A DNA stretch of 64,000 nucleotides from an uncultured virus (IMG/VR IMGVR_UViG_3300035208_003016) (lineage: Duplodnaviria; Heunggongvirae; Uroviricota; Caudoviricetes). Location: the IMG/VR virus record IMGVR_UViG_3300035208_003016. One strand, given 5' to 3'. The position numbers and the translations under genes were made by a program. Shown here one piece after another: positions 29,544 through 40,298 of this stretch (its first letter is position 1; each line of letters begins with the position of its first letter). A model generated the notes under the pieces. The model made no database searches. It saw only the letters and a program-made list of their open reading frames with translations, and had not been told where the DNA came from.

Positions 29544-30977
29544 ATGGCTGTTTTACAAATAACTAATGGCGCTTGTACTGGTAGAGGTTTTGCTGATACG
29601 TCAGTTAGTGGATATATGTCAAAATTTTATGATTGGATTACTAAAATACCAGCAAGTGGCGGTCCTGGATGGAATATACTTTTAGATAAGTCTATATATC
29701 CTACAACTAAAACTATGACTTCTATGATAAGTGGAGTTATAATATCAAGTGGACATGGATTTTATTCAAATGAAATAATTCGATATTATACTTCTGGTAC
29801 AATTATAAATGGTCTTACTAATAATACTGATTATTATGTTACGAAAGTAAATGATAATAGTTTTAAATTAAGTACAAATCATTTTAATGTTGGTATTGGA
29901 ACATATATTAATATAACAAATTCTGGTGTTGGATCTCAAACTTTCACTTTAAGTGGTCCATATATTATAATTTCTGATGAACCATCTCCTCAAATTAATC
30001 AAGTTTGTAAATTTATGAAAGTTGGATATGGAATTCCACAAGGAAGTTATATTCAAGTTCAATATTTTATAGGATGGAATAATACAAGTAAAATACTTGG
30101 AAGTATTTATGGTGGTTATATTATAGAAACTGTAGATGATGGTAATTTTGCATATGATTTTCGTGGTGGTGATGAATGTATGATTTTACAATCACGTATT
30201 GGTACTACTTGGGATTCTACTGGAATGGATACTTGGACTGGAGATAGTACTTTTCTAGAAGGTCTTGATCATTCAGGAACTTTAAGGAGTGTTGGTGTGC
30301 CTGGTACTAATTCAGTAGCATACTTAAGATCTGGAGAATCTAGTAATATAACTAGTGGTGAATATTATTATTTATATGATTATTCTCAACTTCCTTATGT
30401 TCGTTTAGAATATTCTAAATGTACTTATGTTGATGCTGGAGCTGATAGTGTTACTTTTTCTGGATTAGTTCATACATTTCCATCAGGATCTGTTATTGGA
30501 TCATATCCTCATAGATATATGTGTTTTGGTAATAATATTTATGATAATAATTCATTTTGTTATTCGACATATATACCATATACAATACCTTATACATCTC
30601 ATCCTAATTGGTATTATTGTAGTAATTTAGGATATGGATCTATTAGTTCAAGTTGTAGATCATCTTATGAAGATGGTATTTTAAATTCTTCATCTCCTGA
30701 TGAAAAAGGTAGACATCTTATGGAAAAATGGAATATATTAGAATGGGCATCAAATCAAAGTAATTATTACACTCCTAATTATAATGGTATGAATAGATTT
30801 TATGGATCTGCTAATAATTTATATTTAACTAAAATTAATTCAATGGCACGTAGTCAAGATGGATTAATTTATGGTGGAAAACAGTATCTATATTTTATGT
30901 TATCTAGTGAAATTGGTGGATATGGTGGAAGTGCTAGTTATGCTATTTTATATCCAGATAGTGTATCAAGTGAATAA
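29544..30977 (+). CDS. Virion/tail protein with small beta-barrel insert; SG-rich
   Basis: GHGFYSNEIIRY...GLTNNTDYYVTKVNDNSFKLS module common in phage tail proteins; AGGAG RBS; 12 SG. Confidence 0.55.
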   Translation: MAVLQITNGACTGRGFADTSVSGYMSKFYDWITKIPASGGPGWNILLDKSIYPTTKTMTSMISGVIISSGHGFYSNEIIRYYTSGTIINGLTNNTDYYVTKVNDNSFKLSTNHFNVGIGTYINITNSGVGSQTFTLSGPYIIISDEPSPQINQVCKFMKVGYGIPQGSYIQVQYFIGWNNTSKILGSIYGGYIIETVDDGNFAYDFRGGDECMILQSRIGTTWDSTGMDTWTGDSTFLEGLDHSGTLRSVGVPGTNSVAYLRSGESSNITSGEYYYLYDYSQLPYVRLEYSKCTYVDAGADSVTFSGLVHTFPSGSVIGSYPHRYMCFGNNIYDNNSFCYSTYIPYTIPYTSHPNWYYCSNLGYGSISSSCRSSYEDGILNSSSPDEKGRHLMEKWNILEWASNQSNYYTPNYNGMNRFYGSANNLYLTKINSMARSQDGLIYGGKQYLYFMLSSEIGGYGGSASYAILYPDSVSSE

Positions 30978-31886
30978 ATGTCTATTTATAGTGGAATATT
31001 AGCATCTGGAAATATTGTATTTGGTGATTCTTATACAGTAGTTAATTTAAATATTCCAAAATCGTTCATTGAAAGTCAGATTGTTTCTGGTTCAATATGT
31101 ACTGGTGAATCATATACAGTAATTAATTTAAATATTCCAAAATCTTTTGTTGATGCACAAGTTATTAATCGCCATATATATTCTGGAGAATTTTATACAA
31201 AAGTTAATAATAATCGAGTATATAATAATGGATCTTTAATTGTAACAGTTCCTAGATCTGGATTAGCCAATGATACTGGAATGTTACTTATTCTTGGATA
31301 TTATACTGATTTTTATGCTAATCCTAGACTATCTTATCCATATAATAATATATACTTTTATGATAATACATATGGACCAGATATTTCATCTTATTATTGG
31401 AATTTTGGAGATGGTAATTATAGTACTGAACGCGATCCAATTCATTTTTATACACATACTGGATTATATGATGTTTCATTAGAAACAACTTCTATAAATG
31501 GAGAAACTGCTTATTTAAATAAAACTAATTATATTAACATTCAAAGCAATAATGTTTCAGTTAATCATTCAGATTATAAAATAGTAATTTTAAATAAACG
31601 AATAAGTCCATATAAATCCAATGATCTTTTACAAATTTCAGTTCAATTGTATGAAAATAATAAAAAGAAACTATTCTATATTAAAGATGTTGTTCTTACA
31701 TTAAATTTAAACTATCCTAATGGATGGCAGGCATACTCATCTGGAATAACTAATAAAACTGGGTCTTGTGTCTTATATCAATCTTCTAGTGGTATATTAT
31801 CCAGTAATTGTTTAGGATATGTTTCTGCAACAATAAATAACCAAAGTTATATTTCAAATATAATTAGATTTAACTTCATTAATTAA
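30978..31886 (+). CDS. PKD-domain virion protein with 27-aa N-terminal repeats and C-terminal Ig-like domain
   Basis: YYWNFGDGNYSTERDPIHFYTHTGLYDVSL (PKD); repeats G.SYTV.NLNIPKSF at 81-nt period. Confidence 0.8.
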   Translation: MSIYSGILASGNIVFGDSYTVVNLNIPKSFIESQIVSGSICTGESYTVINLNIPKSFVDAQVINRHIYSGEFYTKVNNNRVYNNGSLIVTVPRSGLANDTGMLLILGYYTDFYANPRLSYPYNNIYFYDNTYGPDISSYYWNFGDGNYSTERDPIHFYTHTGLYDVSLETTSINGETAYLNKTNYINIQSNNVSVNHSDYKIVILNKRISPYKSNDLLQISVQLYENNKKKLFYIKDVVLTLNLNYPNGWQAYSSGITNKTGSCVLYQSSSGILSSNCLGYVSATINNQSYISNIIRFNFIN

Positions 31887-31893
31887 GGTAATT

Positions 31894-32307
31894 ATGAATC
31901 CTATTTTATCTACAAGTGGACAATGTTGGATACTTGATGCTATTAAAACAAAAATTGATACTATAAGTGGAGTATATGTTGGTTTAATGACAAATTATCT
32001 TCCTTCTGAAAGATCATATCAAACTCCATTTTATATTAATGAACTTAGTTATATTACTAATAGTGGATATTCTAGACAAGTTAGTAATACTTGGAGTGTA
32101 ATAAGTGGATCAAATCCATATTTACTTGGAAGTACAGTTACTTTTACTATATCGTCTGGAAGTTGGTCTAATGTTTATGGATATTTTGTATCTAGTACTA
32201 ATTTAAATTATAGTGTATTATGGTCTGAATTATTTCCATATGATAAAGGTTCTGTAGTTGCTAGTGGAAATAATATATTAATTACTCCAAAATTTTATCA
32301 ATATTAA
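31894..32307 (+). CDS. Small tail-fibre-associated protein
   Basis: GYSRQ...VTFT...VYGYFV...LWSELF...ILITP pattern; 6 SG in 137 aa. Confidence 0.55.
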   Translation: MNPILSTSGQCWILDAIKTKIDTISGVYVGLMTNYLPSERSYQTPFYINELSYITNSGYSRQVSNTWSVISGSNPYLLGSTVTFTISSGSWSNVYGYFVSSTNLNYSVLWSELFPYDKGSVVASGNNILITPKFYQY

Positions 32308-32315
32308 GGTAAACG

Positions 32316-34208
32316 ATGTCTATAGAAATTATAGGTGAAATGTCTGGACTTGGTGTTCCAGATTATTATTTAAACTTATCTCGTAGACAAGCATTTAATC
32401 CACAACTTATATGTGATGATCAACCATATCTTCCTGGTGATTGTCCAATTGTTACAATTGAATATGATGGTTTTAGTCCAAATAAAATTATTAATATAAA
32501 ATCTTTAGAAAATTCTGTTTATCAAAATACTTTAGATTATCATAAAATTGAGACTATAACATATGATGGATATACTTATCCATTAAAATATTATGAATAC
32601 GTTAATTATAATGATAAATTATCTTATCTTATAACTGATTATAATTCTGATCCATCCAATAGTAATCCATTATTTTATCAATATGAACTGTTATTTGATG
32701 CTTATGTTGATATATCTGGAGTTTCAATTAAAAATATATATAAAAATAATGAAATTAAATTAGATCAAAAAGAATATAAAATTCAATATAGTGTTAATAC
32801 GTTAGCTTTAGGAAATTTAAGATATAGTAATACATCTTGGCTTACTAATACAATAAATCAAAATAATTATCGTATACGTATTCTATTACCATTTTATATT
32901 TCATCTAAAGATAATTTTTATATAGTTGAATATGAAAAATATATTAATAATATTAAATCATATCAAAAAGAACTTATAGAAATTGAACCTATATATACAA
33001 CAAATGACTATGAAATTACAAATAGTGGCGTTATTTTAAGTGTTTCTAGTAAAATTCAACAATCTAATCAATTATCTATAGTTAAAAATCCTTTTAAAAG
33101 AATAACACCATTAGATATTGTAACTCTTAAAGATAAGAATTCATATCTTACTGATAAAGATACTCAATGGAAATTACGTATAAATACTGGAGCTTTTGCT
33201 ATTCCATCAGGTTTGTATACATCTTCTAGTGGTTATTTATATAATCTTGAAAATTTTTATACAAGTGGAAATATTCCAGTTACAAATATTAAACCTATAA
33301 AAATTAATAAAAATATTGTTCAAATAAAAGAAACTCCAATATATTTGAATTCTGACGATTATATTTATCCATATTACGATGTTAAACGTTATGATAATAA
33401 TTTATATGATTTATATGATGTATCTGGAAAGTTTGATATATCTATAAATGGTAAATCTAGAAGTGATATTAAAATAAAATCTATAGATAGATATAAAGGT
33501 TTTATTGAATTTAATAAAGAAATTAATAATTTAGATGAAGTTGAGTTATCTTTTTATCTTACTAATAGTGATACATTAATACTTGAAAATTTAGAGCTTA
33601 ATCCTAAAGTTTCACAATCTGGAGTTCTTTATCATATTAATAATTATCCAAATGGTTTTGGAATAGCTCTTAAAGCATGGAGTGGTATAATACAATATCC
33701 ATATATATACGATCTAAATACTATTGAATCTGATAGAATAGTTAGTGGAATTATAGACGTTGGTTCTAGTACTTATATAAGTGGGATGTGGGATGATACT
33801 TATTTAAGTTTATGTAAAATAGATTTAAATAATTTATCTTCAGATATTGTTAAAAGAACTGATACCAGGCGAGTTGGTGGAGGTTTAATAGATAATAAAA
33901 CTCTTGATGTTTGGTTTAATAATAACTTTAGTGGTGTATATATAAATGAAAAAAGCTGGTATTCAAATGTTGCTAAATATAATGGTGAACCAATTTCTAA
34001 TAGTAGTATTATTATTATTAATATACCTCAAGAACATCTTGATACTTTAAAACTTAAATGGTTTAATTATTATAAAGAATTTATGACTTATGATGAAGCA
34101 GAAATAACATCTGAACGAGAATTTAATTACTATCTAGATAGTGTAATAAGAAAAAATATATCTGCTGGATCTGATTATATAATTATACCTAATATTTTGG
34201 ATGAATAA
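32316..34208 (+). CDS. Virion structural protein
   Basis: Structural operon context; DTRRVGGGL near C-terminus; 12 SG. Confidence 0.5.
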   Translation: MSIEIIGEMSGLGVPDYYLNLSRRQAFNPQLICDDQPYLPGDCPIVTIEYDGFSPNKIINIKSLENSVYQNTLDYHKIETITYDGYTYPLKYYEYVNYNDKLSYLITDYNSDPSNSNPLFYQYELLFDAYVDISGVSIKNIYKNNEIKLDQKEYKIQYSVNTLALGNLRYSNTSWLTNTINQNNYRIRILLPFYISSKDNFYIVEYEKYINNIKSYQKELIEIEPIYTTNDYEITNSGVILSVSSKIQQSNQLSIVKNPFKRITPLDIVTLKDKNSYLTDKDTQWKLRINTGAFAIPSGLYTSSSGYLYNLENFYTSGNIPVTNIKPIKINKNIVQIKETPIYLNSDDYIYPYYDVKRYDNNLYDLYDVSGKFDISINGKSRSDIKIKSIDRYKGFIEFNKEINNLDEVELSFYLTNSDTLILENLELNPKVSQSGVLYHINNYPNGFGIALKAWSGIIQYPYIYDLNTIESDRIVSGIIDVGSSTYISGMWDDTYLSLCKIDLNNLSSDIVKRTDTRRVGGGLIDNKTLDVWFNNNFSGVYINEKSWYSNVAKYNGEPISNSSIIIINIPQEHLDTLKLKWFNYYKEFMTYDEAEITSEREFNYYLDSVIRKNISAGSDYIIIPNILDE

Positions 34209-36466
34209 TGATTAATTCAACATTTTCTTATAATAGTCAAATAAAAGATATTCAGAATTCACTTATTAGTGAAAATATTCGTTCTGTGTCTAATTTTGAA
34301 TTATTAAATTCAGAAGAAGCTATTAAAAATGTTATTAGTTCTTATATAGATAAATTTAATTCTCTTGGTGGAATGCTTACAGATATAAGTAAATTTATTG
34401 TTAAATCTAAAGATATTATAAATTCTAAACAATTTGATGATTTATTTCAAAGTGTATATATTGATATATATGCTTTGTATAATGATTTAAATATTGTTTC
34501 AAATGTTCTTAATCTTAATCTTAATAGAAATAAAAATTATTTTTTAATAATTAAAAAAAGAATAAGAGATTTATGGAATAAATTAAATCTTACACGATCT
34601 TTTATTTATGATTCTAATCCATCTGATGAATCATATTACGAATCATTTTATAATGATATTAATTCTTTAATTTTAAAAGATGTACTTATAGATAAAAAAT
34701 CTGGTTATCTATATATTAATCCAATATATACAGAAACTCATAACAAATCTTTTCAAATTAAATCTATAAATTCAGTAACATATCCAGAACCTAATGATAA
34801 TGGTGGTGTATATAAAAATACAAATATTTTAAATACATTTGAAGATAATTATAAAAATGGTCCAAGAGATATGTTACAAAATGGTTTATGGAAAGAAGAA
34901 ATTTATACCAATGTTATTCCAGAGTTATCTTTAAATATAGGTTCGGATTCTAGAATTATTCAGCGAAATTATAAAGGAATAGTGTCTATTATAGATATAG
35001 AATATAGTTATTCTATAGAATTTAATAGAATAGATTTTGATATTTTTGGTGATAAATCTTTAACAATAGATGCTATTTTATATAAACAAAATATTGATGA
35101 TGAATGGAATATTTTAAATTATGAAAATATTGATAATTTAGATTCTAATAATTTAACAAATTTATGTCAATATTCAGTTAGAGGATCAGATTTTGATGTT
35201 TTATCTTTTTATAATATTGAGAAAATTAATGTTAAATTTTTAAGAATTGTTGTTAATCAAGAGCATTATATTCAGTTAAATTCAGATTATATTAAAAATA
35301 TATCAATTGAAGATAAAATGTTTAATGATCTTTCTGAACGAAGATATGATATTGTTAAATTTAATAAAAATATAAATTCTTTTCTTTCATCTCCAATAAT
35401 TGATGAAAATAAATCATTATATAATAAAATAATAAATATAATTGAATCAACGTCTAGTATTGAAAAAATATTATATAATATTGAAAATTTACTACTTCCA
35501 AAAACAGATATTGTTGAAATTAATTTTTCTAATGTGTTAAAATATGAAATTGGTTTATGGTCAATTGAACCTAAACTTGAGTTATATTCTTATTTAAATG
35601 GTGTTTTTTCTTCTAATAAATATAAATTAAATGATAAAGTTTTAAATTCTATTTCTTTAAATACTAAACAATCTTTACCTGGATCAACTACGTGTAATTG
35701 GTATATAGAAGCTAATAATAAAGAAATACCTATTGTTGAAAATACAAGTAAATATAGAAAAGAACCTATTAAAGAATTTGATGTATCTAGTTATTCTAAT
35801 TTTAGTGGATGGGTTGATCGTGGAGGAATATTTACACTTCTAGATTTTCCGATTGATTCGGTAAAATATCAAGAAATTGTAATATATAATAATGGTGTTT
35901 TACAAGAAAATATAATTAATAATATTGCTTTTTTGAATTCAAGAATGATATATATTAATGGTATTAAGGATGTTAAAAATAATAATTATGTTATAAGATA
36001 TCCTTTATCATTTTATAAAACAATTAATGTATATGTTCTTTCATCTAAGACTAATAATTCTTATAAATATATATCTTTAGGAATTATTTCAACTAAAAAA
36101 GAAATATTAGAAGCTTTTATTAATGATATAAGATATAGTGTTTTAAATTCAGATGGTTCTAGACAATATTTAAAAGACGATTTTATAGTAACTAATGCTG
36201 TTACAACTTCTGATGAAAGTAAATATTGGTTTGGTCCTTCATATGAAAATTGTTTATTTATAGATCGTTCTATTTATAATCTTATTGATACTTCTTTAAA
36301 TTATGATAAATATTCAAATGCTATATTAATTGATGATTCAAAATTATCAAGTAATTTATCTAATTTAAATGATTATTTTAATTTAAGTTCTTATGGTTTT
36401 TCAGATTTTAGTATTATTGGAAGTGTTTCCAATATTGCTCCTATTTCTAATATTAAGGTTTTATAA
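34208..36466 (+). CDS. Virion structural protein with N-terminal helical/coiled-coil region
   Basis: FDDLFQSVYIDIYALY helix followed by a beta-rich region; TAATG coupling. Confidence 0.5.
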   Translation: MINSTFSYNSQIKDIQNSLISENIRSVSNFELLNSEEAIKNVISSYIDKFNSLGGMLTDISKFIVKSKDIINSKQFDDLFQSVYIDIYALYNDLNIVSNVLNLNLNRNKNYFLIIKKRIRDLWNKLNLTRSFIYDSNPSDESYYESFYNDINSLILKDVLIDKKSGYLYINPIYTETHNKSFQIKSINSVTYPEPNDNGGVYKNTNILNTFEDNYKNGPRDMLQNGLWKEEIYTNVIPELSLNIGSDSRIIQRNYKGIVSIIDIEYSYSIEFNRIDFDIFGDKSLTIDAILYKQNIDDEWNILNYENIDNLDSNNLTNLCQYSVRGSDFDVLSFYNIEKINVKFLRIVVNQEHYIQLNSDYIKNISIEDKMFNDLSERRYDIVKFNKNINSFLSSPIIDENKSLYNKIINIIESTSSIEKILYNIENLLLPKTDIVEINFSNVLKYEIGLWSIEPKLELYSYLNGVFSSNKYKLNDKVLNSISLNTKQSLPGSTTCNWYIEANNKEIPIVENTSKYRKEPIKEFDVSSYSNFSGWVDRGGIFTLLDFPIDSVKYQEIVIYNNGVLQENIINNIAFLNSRMIYINGIKDVKNNNYVIRYPLSFYKTINVYVLSSKTNNSYKYISLGIISTKKEILEAFINDIRYSVLNSDGSRQYLKDDFIVTNAVTTSDESKYWFGPSYENCLFIDRSIYNLIDTSLNYDKYSNAILIDDSKLSSNLSNLNDYFNLSSYGFSDFSIIGSVSNIAPISNIKVL

Positions 36467-37225
36467 ATGGATTATTATATTCCAGATTCTGTATTATTAA
36501 ATACGTTATATTTACCTTTTTATATTTCTCCAGTTAAAAATATTTTTGATTGTAAAAATAATTTTATTCTTGAAAGTGATATAACTGGAGTTAAATCAAT
36601 AATAAATTTAAATAATATAATTCCATATATATCTATTGATATTTTAGATTCTGAATCTAAAGATTGGTTGTGGTACGATAAAGATGGTTTTCCTTTTAGA
36701 ATAGAAAAAAACATAATATTAAATTGTTGGCAATTAAAATCATTATATAATATTGGAGATTATAAAGATAAAATTTTGAAAATAGATCCAACTAAACTTT
36801 TATATAATAAAAATGGTAAAAATCATGGATTTTATTCACTTGTAGAAAATTATATTGAAAATGATGTTTTAATAGCATCTCCAACTGATATAAAAATGTA
36901 TATTTGTCAGCAAATTTTTCTCACAATTGATGGAAATCTTATAACAGATAAAACGGATTATATAAATACTTATACAAATATTAATTTAACTATTTTAAAT
37001 ACTGAAAGTAATAAAGAGTTTTATTATAATCATATGATGAATAAAATTTATACAAATCAAAATTTAGAATTATATGATCAATCTAGTATTAAAATTTATA
37101 TGTATACTATTCTTGATAATATTTCAGTAAAATGCAACATGATGTGTAATTATGGAGTTGATAATTTTTTAACTCCAGTTGTTGATTATTATATTGTTAA
37201 ACTACATGGTAAAAATATTAGATAA
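36467..37225 (+). CDS. Hypothetical virion protein
   Basis: Operon context; C-terminal TPVVDYYIVK. Confidence 0.45.
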   Translation: MDYYIPDSVLLNTLYLPFYISPVKNIFDCKNNFILESDITGVKSIINLNNIIPYISIDILDSESKDWLWYDKDGFPFRIEKNIILNCWQLKSLYNIGDYKDKILKIDPTKLLYNKNGKNHGFYSLVENYIENDVLIASPTDIKMYICQQIFLTIDGNLITDKTDYINTYTNINLTILNTESNKEFYYNHMMNKIYTNQNLELYDQSSIKIYMYTILDNISVKCNMMCNYGVDNFLTPVVDYYIVKLHGKNIR

Positions 37226-37227
37226 CT

Positions 37228-38700
37228 ATGCGTAATTATTTTTATAAATTAAATAAAACTTATATTGAAAATTTTTCTAAAAAAGTAATAACTTCTTTTA
37301 GAAATAATGATATTCATAGTTATGTATCTTTTTTAAAAACATTATTTATAGAAATTAATTATCTTTTTAAGTTTATTGGTGGAATGTTATCATCTAAAGA
37401 TAAACTTCAAAAACGTTTAGGATATCCAGAAACTAATACTTATAATGAAGTTCTTAATAATCTTGATGTTGATATAAAAAAATTATATTCCGCTCAAACT
37501 ATAATTAATTCTGATGTTAATAATTTATTAAGTTTTAATTCAACTCAACGTATCAAAACTTATGAAAATTTAACTTCTACACAACAACAAGTCTATTCTT
37601 TATATATAAAAAATAGAAAAGTTACTGGAAATGAGATTATAATTCCAGTTGAAAATCCTTTTACAAGTTCTGATAATATGAGTTCTGATTCAAAAGATGT
37701 TTGTATTAATCAAGATAGAGGTTCATTAACTTTAAAATATGAAAGTTCTATTGAAAAATCGATAGATCTAGATAATGTTTTTATTTATTTTAGTGACTCG
37801 GTTCCTAAAGATAATATATATCCAAATAACAAAAGTTTACATCTTGGATCTCATTGGAAAACATCTTCTAATGATCAACATTATATCAGTGATAATTTAA
37901 CTGATATTAAAAATTATAAAACAAGATTAATTGATGATGTTAATAGTAATTATGGTGTTGGGTGGTGTGAATTTGAAGCAGTTAGAACAGAAATTAATTC
38001 ATTAAGTTTAGCTATACAAAACTTATCTTTTAAAAAATCATCATATATTAATAATATTTTTACATCTATTTCTAAAAATTATAAAAATCCAGATGAAATA
38101 ACTATTAAAAATTACATCGGTAAAAAATACAATAGAGATGCAGAATCTATATATTTTGATATTAATAATTCATTACAAGGGACATTTATATCATATAATT
38201 TTTCTGTAGATAATTATATTAATCCAAAATATAAATTAGTTATTCCATTTTTAAATAATGTTTCAACTACAAATGAAATTAGATTAGATTTTGAACCAGA
38301 CAAATTAGGATTTTTTCCTAAAATTGTGTGGGATGAATCTAAAGTGTATTCTAATGATAATGGTATTGAAATTGCATATTCTTTGATAAGTCCTTCAGAT
38401 TATAATAATGTTACTTATAATGGTGAATATAGACTTATAATTAAAGATGGATATATTAAACCATCTAGAGTTGAAGTTATTCTAGAATATGGATCTGATA
38501 GTCTTCATTGGGTTCCAATTAATTTTTATATGAGTCATTATTCTTATAATTCTTCAAAAAATTATAATTTAACACAACCATCTGGTGATGAAATTAATTT
38601 AATATTAAATAAAACTTATGATATTTTTGTTGATTCTGAAAATGATGATATTAAAGAAAAAAATCGAGCATTAAATGTTTTATTAGGTAGAAAAAAATAA
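37228..38700 (+). CDS. Virion structural protein with N-terminal helical region
   Basis: YNEVLNNLDVDIKKLY helix resembling those of 34208 and 43233. Confidence 0.5.
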   Translation: MRNYFYKLNKTYIENFSKKVITSFRNNDIHSYVSFLKTLFIEINYLFKFIGGMLSSKDKLQKRLGYPETNTYNEVLNNLDVDIKKLYSAQTIINSDVNNLLSFNSTQRIKTYENLTSTQQQVYSLYIKNRKVTGNEIIIPVENPFTSSDNMSSDSKDVCINQDRGSLTLKYESSIEKSIDLDNVFIYFSDSVPKDNIYPNNKSLHLGSHWKTSSNDQHYISDNLTDIKNYKTRLIDDVNSNYGVGWCEFEAVRTEINSLSLAIQNLSFKKSSYINNIFTSISKNYKNPDEITIKNYIGKKYNRDAESIYFDINNSLQGTFISYNFSVDNYINPKYKLVIPFLNNVSTTNEIRLDFEPDKLGFFPKIVWDESKVYSNDNGIEIAYSLISPSDYNNVTYNGEYRLIIKDGYIKPSRVEVILEYGSDSLHWVPINFYMSHYSYNSSKNYNLTQPSGDEINLILNKTYDIFVDSENDDIKEKNRALNVLLGRKK

Positions 38701-40298
38701 TGTATAAATATCCTGATCAACTTGGTTATATATGTAATAAAAAAGGTGCAGTTTCAAGTACAGTATCTGGTGAAACTGTAATGTATGTTTTATCTACTAA
38801 AACATGTGATAATGGTAAACAACTAATTATTAAAACATCCAAAGGAACTGATAAATTAAAAGAATCAAATACTATTATTCCAATATTACCATATAGATTA
38901 ATTATAAATGATTATTCTTTTTTAAAAAAAATAGAACAAAATTTAATTCAATATGCAGATTCTATTAATTTTTATAATCCTGGTATAACTGTTACTGATA
39001 AAATTAATTTACCATCTATTTTAAGTAATAATACATCAAAATTTATAGAACTTAATATACCAAGAGATGGATTAAAGTATTTTTCTAATAATTATGTTTA
39101 TCAAACTTTTTCTTCTACAAATAATATTGCTGTTACAATTAGGAATATAGATGTTTATGATACTCAAGCTTCTATGGTATTAGAAAATATATCTCCAACA
39201 GAAGATATATTATATATTTCTATAGTCACTAGAGTTGATATAAGTGGTACAACATCTGATACATATTATGCTAATAAAGTTTTATCATATAGTTATTGTA
39301 TTCCAATTGTTATTTCTTTAAAAATTAATAGAACTAATCTAATTACTGATAAAATTATTAATACTGATATTTTACCTTATTCTTGGAGTTATATAATTGA
39401 TTATAATCAATTTAATGATAATACCCCAGTTACAATTGGAAAAATAAATTCTTCAGAAATTGGTTCAATTGATACTAAAATGTGGAATTATAATATTATT
39501 CCAGGAAAATATCTATATTCTTCAACTTATAGAAATCGATATGATCCAATAGCATTTGGTTGTAATGTTGATATTTGTTTAGATTTATCTAATATTATTA
39601 CTGCAATATCTTCATATGGAAATTTTTATTTAGATGTTAATAAATATAATCAAGCACATATTTTTACAAGATGTTCTTTAGGGTTATCTAGTGGATTTGT
39701 TTTATGTAGTTATTATTATTCTAAAAACAGAATGAATACATTATCATCTAAAATTAATATATATAAATATAACACTTATTATATTTCAATATTTAATACT
39801 TATATTAATTCTAATAAAGAATTACATTTTTATATTTTAGACGATTCTTTTAATATATTATCTAGATGTGTTATAACTAATGGTTATGATGGGGATTTAT
39901 TAATTTCACAAGGATATGTATATTTAACTTATTCATCTAATAATAAAAGATATATATTTAAATTATCAACTGATATATCTACTTTAGTTAGTATTATATC
40001 ATATAAAGTTACTACTGGAGAATCATTTAAAAATTTGTTTTTATCATCTAATGCAACATTAATAGCTGAACAAACTATAAATATAAAAGAATCAAATTTA
40101 TTTGATTATAATGTAACTATTGAAAATATTTATAAAATTGATAAAACTTCTCAAGATAAGTCAATAGGTAATTTAAATAATACTTTTATTGGTGATTATT
40201 ATTATTTAAATTCAAATGGATCTAATTATTTAATATTAGATAAAGTTTCACTATCATCTTATGGTGTAACTAATGTTCCTCAATTTATTAATATATGA
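38700..40298 (+). CDS. Hypothetical virion protein, possibly propeller-like C-terminus
   Basis: Long beta-rich ORF in the structural operon. Confidence 0.4.
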   Translation: MYKYPDQLGYICNKKGAVSSTVSGETVMYVLSTKTCDNGKQLIIKTSKGTDKLKESNTIIPILPYRLIINDYSFLKKIEQNLIQYADSINFYNPGITVTDKINLPSILSNNTSKFIELNIPRDGLKYFSNNYVYQTFSSTNNIAVTIRNIDVYDTQASMVLENISPTEDILYISIVTRVDISGTTSDTYYANKVLSYSYCIPIVISLKINRTNLITDKIINTDILPYSWSYIIDYNQFNDNTPVTIGKINSSEIGSIDTKMWNYNIIPGKYLYSSTYRNRYDPIAFGCNVDICLDLSNIITAISSYGNFYLDVNKYNQAHIFTRCSLGLSSGFVLCSYYYSKNRMNTLSSKINIYKYNTYYISIFNTYINSNKELHFYILDDSFNILSRCVITNGYDGDLLISQGYVYLTYSSNNKRYIFKLSTDISTLVSIISYKVTTGESFKNLFLSSNATLIAEQTINIKESNLFDYNVTIENIYKIDKTSQDKSIGNLNNTFIGDYYYLNSNGSNYLILDKVSLSSYGVTNVPQFINI

